Of a DNA stretch of 64,000 nucleotides, positions 1 to 14,904 are shown in pieces. Both the position numbers and the translations under genes were made by a program. Every line of letters begins with the position of its first letter. Position 1 is the first letter of the stretch. The stretch is from Octopus vulgaris (lineage: Eukaryota). A model generated the notes under the pieces. That model saw only the letters and a list, made by a program, of their open reading frames with translations, was not told the origin of the DNA and searched no databases. The DNA lies in the NCBI GenBank assembly GCA_951406725.2, contig OX597815.1, positions 70,494,001 to 70,558,000 of the forward strand. Direction: 5' to 3'.

Positions 1-406
1 TGAACGTTCCTACATACGAACGTACATACCTATCAGTATACATGCATACACACGCGATGAAATTAGGTCAGGATGTGCATAGGTGCGCATGAGGTTGTGT
101 GTGTGTGTGTGCGCGCCATGGTGTGTATTCAGGTATACACGTACACGCCTAAAGTGGGAGTTACATGCATATATACAAACATATAGATATATAAAGATAT
201 GGAAGTATGCGCGCGCTCATACACCTACAAACATTCACACACTCCATACAAACTTTAACCTCATCCAATTTCTTCGTATCGATTTAGAGACTGCGATATT
301 GAACGCATTTAATATGCACCTAAATAGATAGTTTAAACATTATAGGTGAAAGAGAGGAAGAGGAGAATAGTGAGGTAGGTAGTTTGATGGATAAGTAGAA
401 ACAGAG

Positions 407-410
<4 letters not shown>

Positions 411-445
<35 letters not shown>

Positions 446-549
446 CAAAGGAAGTTGATAATAGAGATGGGGGATAAACAGATAGATAGATAGATAGATA
501 GATGATAGATAGATAGATAGATAGATAGATAGAAAGACAGCCAGCCAGC

Positions 550-609
<60 letters not shown>

Positions 610-622
610 TAGCCAGCCAGCC

Positions 623-700
<78 letters not shown>

Positions 701-768
701 CCAGACAGACAGACAGATAGACAAATAGATAGATAGATAGATATATAGATAGATAGATAGATAAATAA

Positions 769-847
<79 letters not shown>

Positions 848-850
848 TAA
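411..850. repeat. Compound microsatellite (AG)n/(GATA)n/(GACA)n
   Basis: Directly visible tandem repeats; explains ORF 320..724. Confidence 0.95.
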
Positions 851-2472
851 AGGCGATAAAGAAAACAGAGAGAGAGAGACAGACAGACAGAGATAAATGG
901 ATGAGTGAGAAAAGAGAAGAATATTAAGTGGTGTACAAAGGGGGCGAACGAGACACGGGTAGATGTAAGAGAAAGATTTGGATATAAAGGAAATCTATAG
1001 GAGAAGGGTGGTCGAGATAAAGGAACAAAGGAAGAGGGGAGGTAAACAAATCGAGAGAGAAGGAAGAGAGATAAGAAAGAGACGTAAAGAGAAGATAGAG
1101 CAAACAGGAGGAGGAGCGAGAGAGAGACAGAAAGAGAGAGAGAAAGACTGAAAGAGAGAGAGAGAGAGGGAGAGAGAGAGAAAATGTGATTGTGTATTGA
1201 ACATAGGAAATGTGGAAACGCGAGAAATGATGTTTAACAGAGAGGAAGACGAGGGAAAAGGACGGGACAAGAGAAAGAGAAAGAAATACGGCAAAGAGAG
1301 AATGGGAGGCAGAAAAGAGAGTTAGAAGGGGAAGAATGAAGACGGAGAGGGAAGAGAGGGTGTCGGGGAAACGATGAAAAGACAGCGAAAGAGAAAAGAG
1401 AGAAAAAGGGATTAATACAAACACTTCATCAATAAATCAATAGTTTCTATATTGAATGAATAGAGAAAATAAAGATATAAAAACACCTGACATTATTCGT
1501 TTAGCGATAGTAAATCGGTTAAACTGCTCGGTGCAATGTGGCTGACTTACCACAATGGCGGAGAGGAGTGGGGAAGTCAGGTGACTGAAAATATATTGGA
1601 CAACGAGTGATGATGGCGGAGGGAAGAGAAAATCACGGGTGATGGTTTGTAGAAACAGATAAAGGATGTCTAAACAGGAAGAATGCATACATAGATACGT
1701 ACGCGCGCGCACGCACACACACAAACAGTCATAGCAATCTTTCGAAATTTGTACATTTAAAATGGCGGGCAAAGTGAACCATTATATATATAATATGTGT
1801 GTATGTGTGTGTGTCTATGCGCGCGTGTTTGTATGAATGTGTGTATGTATTTTGAAGGGTGTTCATTCATGAATCCCCAAAAGGGACGAAAGCGCTAAAT
1901 ACTCTTTATCCAAATTCTGACTACCTTCTTTTTCTTTATATATATATATATATATATATATATGCTATTAAGTTAGACATGGCCTGGGCCAATAATGGCC
2001 GAAACCTATCAAAGTATCAAAGTATCAAAGTATATGTGTGTGTGTGTGTGTATATTTTACACACGGCTGATTGGCTCGGCGAGTTGATGTGTAAATTGAA
2101 AATTATGTAAAACAAAGGTGATACGTTTAATATTATTAATAAAAATAAAAAATGATATTGATATTAAATGGTTTTAACGGTGGAACTCAAAGTAGATGAA
2201 GCTCTAAATAATAGCATGTAGAAAATTGGATGGAAAAAAGTCGAAGACTGCTCGTAACTGTTTTCTGTCCAACGGTTTTTAACTATTATTCTACATGCTA
2301 TTATTCATGGCTTTAACGATTTCGTTTCATATCTCTCGAAGATTAAAAAATTTATTCTTATAATGTAAATAACAATGTTATTATCAATAAAAGAACAGAA
2401 TTTAAACAACTATTCATTGAAATATAATATATTCACACGATTATCGTGTTTGAGTGCGATGTGTGCGTGTGT

Positions 2473-2532
<60 letters not shown>

Positions 2533-2557
2533 TATTGTGCGTGTATGAGAGAGAGAG

Positions 2558-2600
<43 letters not shown>

Positions 2601-2889
2601 GAGCGAGAGAGAGAGAGTATGCTGTCATGATATTGTATTTTATCCTCTATCTAAAATAAATGACCTTTTTTCACTTGCTTTCGATAAATGACCTTTTTTT
2701 CACTTACTTTCGTTAGCGGTCTACTTGGTTTTAGATATAGTTTTAAAAACATTTGCCAATTCATATTATTATAGCCGGGGTGAAGGGAGGTGTTTCCGCC
2801 TTCACGATATGTTACTTGTGAATAAACAAATTTGTGTTGTGAAGATTTGATATTAAAAATGTTAAATAAAGGTCGCCGGAAATTTGAGA

Positions 2890-3600
2890 TTCATGCAAAG
2901 GGTTTTCAGGCAATTGAGAGGTGTGAAATTTCCCTATAGTTGTTATTGTCTGCTTGGTATTCTTTTTTTTTTTAATTGTTACGGTTAGGATAGCTTGATG
3001 TTACAGGGAATTTGCTGTCTCTTCCAGATGAAAGGGAAAAGATGACGCAATCAGACAATCAGTAATTGCTCAACTTTCTTGAAAATTGCAGCAGGAATGT
3101 TGTCTAGCTCTGGATATATGTCAATCTTCACTTTTCAAATAGCTGTTTGAATTTCAATGAGGGCTTAAGTGTAATCAAGTTCACGGTGAAATGGAAACTG
3201 AGAAATCCAGTCGTTGGTGGCTGCGATGATGTTAGATGAGTGATACAGAATAGTTTGAAATGTTCTATCCAACGCCTAACTACAACAGGTTCATATTTTT
3301 AGACTATCGATCCATCTGATGAATTGAGTTGAGTTAGAGCACGGAGGCGGACCATATATAGTTTTGCTTATGGCATAAAAATTTCTCATATTATATTGAG
3401 CAGAATAACGTTGGATCTCCATCCATTTCATAAAGCCCCACTCGTTTCGGATTTCGTGGAACTTGGTTTGAACTTTGGATTTGAATGTTCAGTATCTTTC
3501 CTTTTTGGCAACTAAAGATGGTTCATTCTTTCGAGTAAGTTGGACTTGCCTTTCTCGGTAGATGACTTCTATAATCTCAGTATCATTTACATCAAACCAG
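2890..3600 (-). mobile_element. Degenerate RTE-clade LINE fragment (linker and N-terminal RT)
   Basis: Manual minus-strand translation gives MRNFYAISKTIYGP, RRWIEHFK, PELDNIPAAIFKK and NYREISHLSIA, matching RTE motifs KxIYGP, RWxEHF, PGxDGIPAEIFK and NYRGISLLSIA; stops and frameshifts present; ends approximate. Confidence 0.75.
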
Positions 3601-3687
3601 TCTTGGTGATGGTGTCTTTAGGCAAATTCGAGAAGCTCTCTTACAAATTTGGTCTTCAATAGCTCTCTGAATTCGTGTGAGAATGGG

Positions 3688-3900
3688 TATGTATGTATGT
3701 ATGTATGTATGTATGTATGTATGTATGTATGTATGTATGTATGTATGTATGTATGTATGTATGCATGTATGTATGTATGTATGTATGTATGTATGTATGT
3801 ATGTATGTATGCATGCATGCATGCATGTATGTATGTATGTATGTATGTATGTATGTGTGTATGTATGTGTGTGTTTGTGTGTGTTTGTGTGTGTGCATGT
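3688..3900. repeat. (TATG)n/(TG)n microsatellite
   Basis: Visible tandem repeat. Confidence 0.95.
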
Positions 3901-4989
3901 ATATATTTATGTATGGATGGATTTCAACATGAAAATTAACGGTGCAATTCATGTAGCATAATACCAGAATGCTTTATAAATATAAACATATTTAAATGTG
4001 AAACAATTATCTCCTACCTTCCATATTTGAAAATGCATACTAAATTTTCAAAGATATGGTTTTTAAATGAAGAATTTTGATATCTGTAGCGTTCCAGTAT
4101 AACATTGTCATTACAGTGTCGTCTATAAGTGTGAGAAAGAGAGAGAGAGAGAGAAAGAAAGAGAGAAAGAGAGGGGAGAGAGAATACTATAACAACCAAT
4201 CTTTAAGCATCTCCTTTCTTAAATCCTCACTATATAACCTTAGGAGGGCTTCAGCGTAAGATTTTTTTAATCTTCAGACTTTATTCTGGGATGATTTCGG
4301 AGTTTTGTGCAAATTTTGGAAGATGCTCGTTGAAAAATGCTTCGAGACAAACACATTGAACCACCGTATTGTACAGTTTTATTACTTGATCTGTTGTCAG
4401 AAGTATATATATACAGGACTTGTGTTACTAAATGTGAACAAGACCTGGCGAAATTTATGTCTTCCTATATCAAGAACTTAAATTTGATAAAATGATGAGC
4501 ACCAATGTTATCGCTGCGGTCTTCATTTATTATTTTTCTTCCTTTTGTTAGTTGGTTTTTCCTTCCTCTCTATGTCACGCTGGAAGAAGGCCGTGGTTGT
4601 GCTGGGAGCGATGAAAAAGGGAGAAAGAGTTTATTATTACAAAAAGAGAGACATTAAATAACTAGTGAGATAAATAAATGAGAGATTGAAAGAGAGGGGG
4701 AGGGAGTGAGAGTGAGAGAAAGAGAGAGAAAAAGGAAGAGAAATAGTCAGCAATTACCAAGCAGTCAGGCCAGCAGACATATATATATAGACGGGGATGG
4801 AAGAACGAGTGAGAATGGAAGAGCTCAGGTAAGGAGGGAGCTAAGGTAAGAGAGGAGAGGTGGAAAAAGTTTAGAATTCTACAATAGAAAGATGGTTGGT
4901 GGATTTAGAGATTTTGTTGTATCTTGAGAGGATCATTAATCCAATAAGAAACACATGCGCTGATTCTAATTCACTTCTTTTACTACTAT

Positions 4990-5043
<54 letters not shown>

Positions 5044-5045
<2 letters not shown>

Positions 5046-6840
5046 AAGACGTCGTACAGTATCCGACATCGTGATGTTGATTGAAGATATTGCGGACCAT
5101 AAGGACCTCAAACGGACAGTACGCAATGTGCGTGGAGTTCCAAGTAATGCCGAGTTTTGCAATACACCTATATTGTAGGGTATTTCTAACGTTTCCAGAA
5201 GTTTTGGGGTTTTTTTCAGGTTGGGTGGTATTGAACCCAATGCTCCGATAACAATAGGTACAACCTTTATGTTTCTCTCTCGTAGCTGTCACATCTTAGC
5301 GACCTCAATTCTCAGGTCTCCATATTTATCAATTTTTTCTCTTTCTTTCCTGATGATATGTTGATTTCCTGGCACTGCCACGTTGATTATTAGGCACTCT
5401 TGTTTGTCCCTCCTAAAGGTTTCTGTATCCGGCTTTCGGTGCTCTAACACCTTGTCTATATGGAAGTCAAAGTCCCAGAGGATTTTTGCCTTCCCCTTTT
5501 CGTCCATTACCTTTTCCGGTGTATGTTGGTATCAAGCACTCGATACCTCGTATCCATACTTTCGGCATATTAAGCCAGTGAAGGTTTTGGGTTACCTTGT
5601 CATATTTGCGCTTGCACTCTTTCTGCGCAAGACTTTCACAAGCACTAACAATGTGACTCACGCTTTCAGTTCTCTTCCTACACATTCTGCAGAGATTCGT
5701 TGCACTTGTGTGGTATATATCCCTTTTCACTGAGTTGGTATTCAATGCCTGATCCTGGGCAGCGATAATTAGGCTTTCAGCCACCTCTATGAGGCTTCTA
5801 GTCTTTTGAGATGTTAGTTTCACGGTGGAACTGACCATGTAATTCCATGCGGAGTAGATTTCTTCTTCCTCGTTGTCTATTCGTGATCAGAATTCATGAG
5901 CACTCTCAAGCCCATTTTTGGTAAATCCTTCTGCATTAGCAGCATACTGTAGCCAGCCGTGTTTGCTGTATACCAAATATTCTACCATGTTTCTTTTTTC
6001 ATTGTTGATGCACACCCTTACGCTAATCAGCCCACGTCCACCTTTGCACCTATTCATGTAGAGCCTGTGTACGTTGACCTTAGGGTGGAGGGCACCATGC
6101 ATTGTCATTGTTTTTCGATAGTGCGATCGAGTTGGTTAATCTCTGCTTGTGTCCATTTCAGGATGGGTGCACTGTAGCGGACTACAGCGACAGCTCATAT
6201 GTTGATGGCTGTCACAAGGTTCCTTGAGTTGAGTTTTGATTTCAAGAGAAGTTTGAGGCGCTTCAAATATACAGTAATAACTTGTCTTTTATTTCTCTGT
6301 GCAAGATATTGTCCATCTCCAGTATCCCAAGATAACTGTACCCACCATCATCCGGGTCTTCCATTCTCTCTCTATGCCCCTACAATCTGCTCTTTTCCAC
6401 CGTTTCAAAGTGAACACCGCACACTTCAAGACACTGAATTTCATCCTTATATCCTTGCTGAACATCTGTACCGTCTCAACCAGCCTCTCCATTTCAGGCT
6501 CTGTTTTTGCGAACAGTTTTAAATCATCTTTGAAGAGAGGGTGATTTAGACGAGGTTCATTCTTTCTCAGCTGATAGTGCGCGTTGACTTTGCGTAGGAC
6601 TACAAAAATTGGGATCAAGGCTATAACAAGTAACAAAGGTGAGTTTCCCTGGAAGATATCTCTTTTGATCGTTACCTCGGCTAAGTGCTGGTTGTTATAG
6701 AGAAGAGGGTTTTTTTTCCAACTAGGCATGTTGTTCTTAATTAGTGCACACATGTTCTTAGCTATTGCACACATGTCGAGTGTTTCCAAAATTCACAAAT
6801 ACGGCAACATGTCGTAAGCCTTTTAAAAGTATATCAAGAC
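5044..6840 (-). mobile_element. R4/Dong-like non-LTR retrotransposon (RT + CCHC + restriction-like endonuclease), 5'-truncated and frameshifted
   Basis: ORF fragments RDIFQGNSPLLLVIAL and FKDDLKLFAK (RT), CRMCRKRTESVSHIVSAC (CCHC), KILWDF..HRKPD..LIINVAVP..KIDKY (RLE); 3' end abuts (TAC)n at 4981-5043. Confidence 0.88.
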
Positions 6841-6909
6841 CATACAGGTGTATCCAAGTTTTTTTAGTACCGTTTATAGTTATCATCATCATCATCATCA
6901 TCATCATTA

Positions 6910-7562
6910 CTATTTTTTCCTTCTTCAAATTTTCTTCCGTTTCTCGCCGAGTGTTTTCCGTACACCTAGGGCAGAGAAGCTCATTCTATACATTCCCAGA
7001 TTACACACGCAAATTCTCAGGTAAAATATGTATTTAAAAATTAATAAATAAATAAATTCATGAATGGGTGTTGTTTTCACAGCGATAATGCTCTTCTAAG
7101 TACATGAGCTGTTCCAATTAATACGATTTTTTGCACTTCCTGTAGGGATGGTAAGCCTGGTATCATTTTCAAATAGGTTTCAGTACCTTTTTTTTTTTAT
7201 CATTCTTAGAGATCCTACAATCACTGGTACTGTAGTCGCCTTGAGATGCCACATTTTTTCAATTTCTATTAGCAAGTCTTTATATTTGCTGATCTTGTCA
7301 AATTCTTTCGCCGCTATATTGTGATCGCAAGGAATACTCATGTCAATTAATAAACACATCTGTTTTGTCTGATCTTTTATAATAATATTCAGTTTATTAG
7401 CTTTTATAGTTTTGTCGGTATGTACGGGGAAGTCCCATAGAATCGATACATTTTCTCCCTCAGTCACAGCTTCAGGATGGTGTTTATACCATTTGTCAGC
7501 GGTTTTGATTTTATAATGCCGACATATTGTCCAATGTAAATACTGGCCGACTCTGTCATGTC
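6910..7562 (-). mobile_element. R4/Dong-like LINE 3' fragment (RLE domain)
   Basis: RHDRVGQYLHW..ILWDFPVHTD..LLIDMSIP..KISKYKDL; bounded by (ATC)n and (TTG)n/(TTA)n. Confidence 0.85.
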
Positions 7563-7574
7563 TTGTTGTTGTTG

Positions 7575-7653
<79 letters not shown>

Positions 7654-7659
7654 ATACAA

Positions 7660-8335
7660 AACAAATTAGACTGTTGGAAAAGAAAAAAATCCTCAGATGC
7701 CAATAACATTCCTAAGTATCCTAGCTGTCCCTAATAACACTGTTTCCTGGAGCTGTACTAAACTTGGTTTTATGCCAATTTCCTCTATCCATCTGTTCTG
7801 ATCTTTAGGTATAGTTCCCAATGCACCTATAACTACTAGGATACATTTTACCCGCATTTTCCATAGTCCCTGTAATTCAATGTCTAGGTGCTGGTACTTT
7901 GCTATTTTTTCTATACCTCTGATATTGATTTTTTTCGTCATTTGGGACTGTAAAGTCAATTATCTAGAACTTTTTATTCTCTTTATCTACTATTACTAAA
8001 TCAGACCTTCTAGCTTCTGTTACTCTGTCAGTCTGAATGTTAAAGTCTCATAACATCTTGCATTTCTTAGTTTCCAGTACTTTGCTAGGTTTATATTCAT
8101 ACCATTTATTAATATGTTCAAATCGTAGCTTTCTACATAACTCCAAGTGGATTGCTCTCCCTAGATTGTCATGTCTTTTCTTGTATTCTTTCTGTGCCAT
8201 TATGCTACATTCACTTATATGAGTGAGTAACGCTTTCCGCTTTTGATTTGCATAACCTACGTTGGGAATCTACTTGGTTGTTGTCTACCTTGGCTTTTAT
8301 TCAATTAGTCATTAATGCTTGATCTTATGCAGCTA
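7660..8335 (-). mobile_element. R4/Dong-like LINE 3' fragment (RLE domain)
   Basis: EKIAKYQHLDIELQGLW..LVVIGALGTIP..VLLGTARILR; bounded on both sides by (TTA)n/(TTG)n. Confidence 0.8.
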
Positions 8336-8362
8336 TTATTATTGTTGTTGTTGTTGTTGTTG

Positions 8363-8409
<47 letters not shown>

Positions 8410-8674
8410 CAACTAGCTAACCATTTAATAATTTAACTAATCGGACTCAATCAGCTAGGTTAGCAAAGTCTTTTCGTTGCCATTTATAGATATAGTATCT
8501 GGAAAACTCGAAGACACACGAACCTGGAGTCGTGAGGAAACGTCATTGATGAAGTCGAGAATAGTAATGAAAGGACTCTTATGACGAACCTTGTTGACTG
8601 AGTGATTGACCAAATGATTACTCAAGCAATCAATTAGTTAACTGATTATGTGGTTAATTAGTTGGTTAACAATG

Positions 8675-8870
8675 GTTTCAGATTTTGGCACTGGGACAGT
8701 AATTTTAGAGAGTGTGATAAGTCGATTATATCAATTCCAGTACTTGACTGGTACTTTATTTTACGGACGTCAAAAAGATAAAAGGCAAAGTCGACCTCAG
8801 CGGGATTTGAGCTCAGATTGTAAAGAACCTGATGAAATGCGCCCAAGCATTTTGCCCAATGGTATCAACT
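8675..8870 (-). mobile_element. tRNA-derived SINE (family with the GTCGACTTTGCCTTTCATCCTTTCGGGGTCGATAAA central domain)
   Basis: Reverse-complement match to the copies at 59443 and 60376. Confidence 0.7.
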
Positions 8871-9472
8871 TACCATCTTAACTAGTTGACAAATAACAAT
8901 TAAAGAAACTATATATATAACCTGTACGTGTGTTTCTTATTGGCATAATAACACTTCCTAGATACAAAGTCTATATGAAGACAGGATTTTACATCAAGAC
9001 ACGAAGCAGATATGGAGTAGAGAAAGCATGTCTTTGATGAGGTCGCGAATGGCGCCGAGGGACTTTGACAAACCTGATTGATTGATTAACCGAACGATTA
9101 ATCAAACGTTTGGTTAGTTAATTGGTTAGCTAGTTAATCAAGACAAATAAAAGAAAAATGAATGAAATGAACTGGAACCGGCGCATATGTTTATTATTGG
9201 CATAATGACCCTCCCAAGATACAACAAAATCTTGTAAAAGCTAATGCAAGAATGGATTTAGAAGTACGGTAAAATAACAGAGAAAGGGTGGCGTTGTAGA
9301 GATCAATAAAAATGGGATATAGGGCATTTTACGATAAAGAGTATACAGAGAGAAAACCAGAGAAAGACAGAGTGAGATAGGGAGATACAGAGAGAGACAA
9401 AGAGAAAGAAAGATCAAGAGACAATGAAGTACACAGAAAGAGCAAGGAAAGTGCTTTGCAAACTAAATATTG

Positions 9473-9685
9473 ATTTCTAATTTTGGCACAAAGCCAGCAA
9501 TTACATGGGAGGGGGTAAGTCGATTAGATCGATCCCAGTATTCAACTGGTACTTTTTAAATCGACCCCGAAAGGATGAAAGGCAAAGTTGACCTCAGCGA
9601 ATTTTGAACTCAGAACATAAAGACGGACGAAATGCCGCTGAGCATTTTGCCCGACTTGCTAATGATTCTGCCAACTCGCCGCCTA
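9473..9685 (-). mobile_element. tRNA-derived SINE, same family
   Basis: TCGACCCCGAAAGGATGAAAGGCAAAGTTGACCTC..GAACTCAGAAC..CTGCCAACTCGCCGCC. Confidence 0.85.
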
Positions 9686-10733
9686 ATTCGCAGACTAAAT
9701 ATTGCCTCTTTTTCTTCAACACTCTTTCGATGCCCCACCATCACTACACACACTACTGCCTTGTTGAGATTCTATAAAATAAAATACACCAGAAAAAATT
9801 GTAGCAGACAGGTGGATCACCATTAAAAGACTATCTGAAATGTCAAAAACATTTCGAGCCGTAATATTACCAGGTGATTCGTACACAAAATAAAGATTGA
9901 AAATATTTTTGAAAACTAGGACAATTATAAGATGTATCTATCACCCCTCACTTCGTATCGCCTCTTTTGTCCCCAGTTTCCACATAAAATTTTTTTCTAG
10001 CGCGCCCCAGGGGGCCATACCGCCTACTTTGAGAACACTGGACTAGGGCACTGAGCCAAAAGGAAAGAAGAGCCGAAAGACAAAGTGAGAGAAGAGAAAA
10101 GGGGTAGAGAAAGAGTGTTCATTAAGAGAAAGCGGGAGAACACATAAGAGGGGCGATTAAGAAGGATAGGGAAGACTAGCGTGAAAGAGATATACAGAAA
10201 ACAACAGAGTGAATGCGTAAAGTGATAATGAAAGGAGAACTAAAGGCAACGGGAGGAAGACTGAGACAGATATAAACATTTTGTCTGAAAGAAAATGTGT
10301 GTGCGTGCGTGTGCGTGAGTGAATGGATAGATGGGTTTGCATTTGTGCTTATACGAGCCTGAGTGTGTTTATATTCATTTATGTTTATGCGTCAGTGCCT
10401 GCTTGTGTACGTACGTGACTATGTTCGTGTGTATGGGTGTGTGCATGTGTTTGTGTGAATATAAGTGTGCGTGTACTGTGTGTATGTGTTTGTAGGTGAG
10501 TGTGCGTTAATGTACAGAGCGCAGCAAAGAAAAAAATCTCGTAGATTCACCATTGTTACAAGATTCAAGAGCAAGCGCAATAAGCAGCAGTCCACAACCT
10601 TGATGGTAATTGAATCAAAATGGTAAAACATTAGCTAAATGAAGACATCATTACGTCTTGCCAAGCCTCCTCAGAGCGACACTGATGGAAGTATAAAATC
10701 TGGAAAGTTTTTTTCTGCTGGAGCTGCCCCCTC

Positions 10734-10986
<253 letters not shown>

Positions 10987-13900
10987 GACTGACGTGATGT
11001 CACATCGGCTCCGCAGGTAATCGCTTTTTACGACCTTTTATTGCTTACATTTTGTTTCAATTTTTGCAGCTTTCGTTTGAGTGTGTTTTCAAGGGAGGAA
11101 CTGACCCCTAGGGGCAGTTTCAAACCTACTTACATTTCTATTTTCTTAGGTTTCCTTGCCATATTTCTAGACAAATGTAGCTAAGGGAAACCATGAGGCC
11201 GACTTCCCGCCTGCTGGAAAAAAACCCCGTTCCGTGTGAACGCACACAGGCCTTAGAAGGCACGAATGCATCTGCTACAATAACCACTGCCTCCACCACT
11301 GCTACCACCACCACCGCCATCACCGCAACCAACACGAATACCGATAACAATTTTGTCACGGCTTTGAAGCCAAAGAAAAAAATAATGCATTTTTCGAAGG
11401 AAGAACTACTTGCCTGTAAAGAAATTTTTACAAAAAATGAAGTCACCTGAAAATCTAAAAAAAAAAAAAAATCATTTGCAAAACACTCAACGCAAAAACA
11501 AAAAGTACATGAAATGGCCATTCAAGAAAATGTGGAAAATGTTTAAGGCCCATATAGGGCCTTTAAAGACTACATAACGAAGGGAAACAGGTTTGCGACG
11601 ATCGAAGATTCGACAGAGAAGAGCGAGCCAAGGACCTCTCCACAAGGTCCTTTCAACATAAAAATCTACTCATGATACCAATATATCTTGGTCGTAGGGT
11701 CACAAAAATAAAAAATAAAAAATGTGCATCCTGAAATTGAAATAAAATGACTCGTGTCTGCCATTTGCTATGACATCGAGGACGAAATCCATATATTGGA
11801 AATCGTTGTCCTGGACCAGCAAAACTGGATTGTCCAGGGAGTCGAAATCTTTGCCCAAATCGATCCAGCAAATTCCGAAAAAAATCCCCATCGAATCCAA
11901 TTGGTGGAGGATTCGAGCTTGCATGTAGCCGTCGAAGGCAGAAAGCCACGTTGCTACGATCGTGGTAGCAAAACACACTTAAAAACTAACTGGCCACTAG
12001 CACAGAAACAACAGCAACAACAACCCGGAGGGTAGGTTGGTCGTCTTGGATGTCGATGGCAGCAATGGGTGTGCTTTTCGAGTCATAGCAGTTTATGCAC
12101 CGTCCTTAACAGGTCGACCAGGTTTCTTTCGACGTCTAGAGGTTTTCCTGGGAACGTCTCGACCTTTACTCTTAGTGGGGGATTGGAACGCTACCCTGGA
12201 CACGCATCTAGACTACGTGGGCAGAGATAGTAATAAGAGGAGATGCAAATGCCTCAAAGACCTGCTCAGACGTTTCCAGATAGTATTTAGATAGAGTATT
12301 CGGTAGGACAGTGGATAAGGATAGTGTAGGTTGTTCACAATTCCATATAGTCAGCTACACAGACCACAAATTTGTGACCAGTACACTTGACTTAGATAAG
12401 ACACATAGGTAGGGTCCCGGTTACTGGAAGCTGAACGCGTCGTTCACGGCACGCCAGGCTAACAAGGAGCGGATTAGCACATTAGTTAAGAGAGCATTGA
12501 CGGGTGCCATCATTAACAACAGATGGTGGTATGCCCTAAAGTAAGCAATTAAAGCAGAATCGGTTAGGTAGAGCAAGGCTCTAGCATTAGACCGAAATAG
12601 AATAGAGGGAGACCTAATTAAGAAATTAGAAGAGGGACCAAGAACTGGCATCGTGTCCAACGTACTGGCAGTGAGGTTGGCCCTCGACTAACACTTCAAC
12701 GTCAAACACGAAGGATGCGTTGTCAGAGCTAGGATGCATGCTCTGAGGAACGAAGGAGTTGGAGCCGCCCGAGAGGCCCGAGTGGCGGAGGCGCAACGAG
12801 GCAACAAAGCCACCATTAGGTCTCTGATAGATGAGCAGGGATGCGAATTACTCGAGCCTGAAAGGATGTGTGATTATTGTCATATGCCAGACTTGTTTGG
12901 AGGATTCTTGACCTCTGTCTACTGCAACTGGCAGCAAAACGGGAGTATCCCCATCTTTGTTAAGCGAGGAGCAGTGGCACTGCTAAAGAAAGATCCAAAC
13001 AAGGGGAACGTCATAGATAATTTCAGGCCCATCACTCTGCTCAACGCAGACTTGAAGATTTTGGCCAAGGTGTTAACTCAGAGGTTGGCGCTTGTCATCG
13101 AGAAATTGGTCGACAAAGCGCAAACGTGCGCCGTGCCGGGTAGGAGTATCCATGACAACTTCCATCTGATGCGCTTCAGCATAGACAGGATAGTTAAAGA
13201 ACCTGGCATGGGTGGGGCACTGATCAATTTGAATCAATCAAAAGCTTTCGATTGGGTAGACCATCACTACTTGGAGGCTGTCCTTAGAGTGGCTGGTTTC
13301 GGTCCCATCTTCCGCGGTTGGATCGCCGCCTTATACAGCGGCATCCGCTCGGTAGTTCGTGTAAATGGACATCTATCCAGACCATTTAACATCATGCGTT
13401 CGGTTCTTCAACGATGCTTCCTCTCGTCGCTTCTGTATGTATTGACTCTTGAACCACCACTGCGGAAGCTGGCTACGCTGATGGGGCATCCCACGAGAGC
13501 TGGCATGCGGGAGGAGCGTATCTGCTTAGGCGGACGACGTTACCGTCATAGTGTCGAGTCACAAGCACATCGACCTGGTCAGCGAGACACTAAAAGAATA
13601 CGAAGCGGTAATGGGAAAAGCCAGTGGGCTTGCGGCTCAGCACCTGGAGAAGCAAGCCCATGCCGTCCAACAGCGTCTCCATCGTGGGACGCTGAACCGA
13701 CGGACCGGTTAAATTGCTCGGAGTCTGGTTCAGTCCGGACCTCCAAATGGAGAAAAACAGGGGCGAGATAACGACTAGGGTTGCCACTCTCACCCAGCAA
13801 TTGGCCGAGAGGAAGCTATCCCTAAAAGGTTTGAGGTGGCGAACGCGTACATCGCATCCGTCATCGATTACTGTCTGACCGTCGTACCTTGTCCCGACTC

Positions 13901-14872
13901 TACCATCACCAAACTGGAACGCATACTCTTCCACTTTTTGTGGAAGAGAAGCGTTCCGCTGGTTAGGCAAACCATTTACTGTCAACACCCGCTAAATGGT
14001 GGGCTAGGCATGCTATGGTTGATGATGCGCACACATGCGCTGAGACTGCGACATCTCCGGCGCTTCATAGACGACGGCGGACAGGTGTGGTCGAAGTTTG
14101 TGCGGTGCGCTTTCCCGCAGCTCGTCTCCTTGGCCGAACTGCTGTCGTGGATCAAACAGAGACTGAGGCTAGGCGAATGGCACCGCGAGTGTCGCGTTGT
14201 TCTCAAGCAACTCTGCCGTCTGGAACCAAACTTGTACGACTTCATTACGACAAAGGCGTTCTATAGAGGATTAGTGTAGGAGAGATGCGACGACGTTCTC
14301 GGGCAGTATCTGGGCATCGACGAGGAACATCTGACCCGCCTATTCAGGACAACTTTCGAACCGGGACCTATGGACAATCACCAAAGATCCCTGGCCTGGC
14401 AGTGCTATCGAGAAGTATTACTCGTTCGACATAAGCTCTACGGGCACAGTTCGAGACACACCGGACTGACTTGCCCGAGATGCGGTGAGAGCGATGAAAC
14501 CGTTCTGCAAGCACTCGTGCAGTGTCCAACCATTTCGGACCTGTGGGCTTATGCTGAACGGCTACTGTCACGTGTGGGACGAGTCCGCCTGTCAGCCGAG
14601 TCTATCGTGACAATTGCTCCGCCACCTTCCTTCAACCGGGAAGGCAAGGCAGTCTTCATCGTACTGGTGGCCATGGTGAAAGAATGTGTGAGGTGGACTC
14701 GAACGAAATGTTTAGAGACAAACACTTACCTCTCTGACCAACCGCTCAACTTTTTTAAGTACCACTTGAAAAGGAAGCTGAGAATGGAGAGGCAAGTTTT
14801 GTCTCGTGAAAGTTTCTATAAAAGCTGGGCGGTGTGTGTGAGTGACAAAACTACTTTGAGCAAGATCCTGTA

Positions 14873-14904
<32 letters not shown>

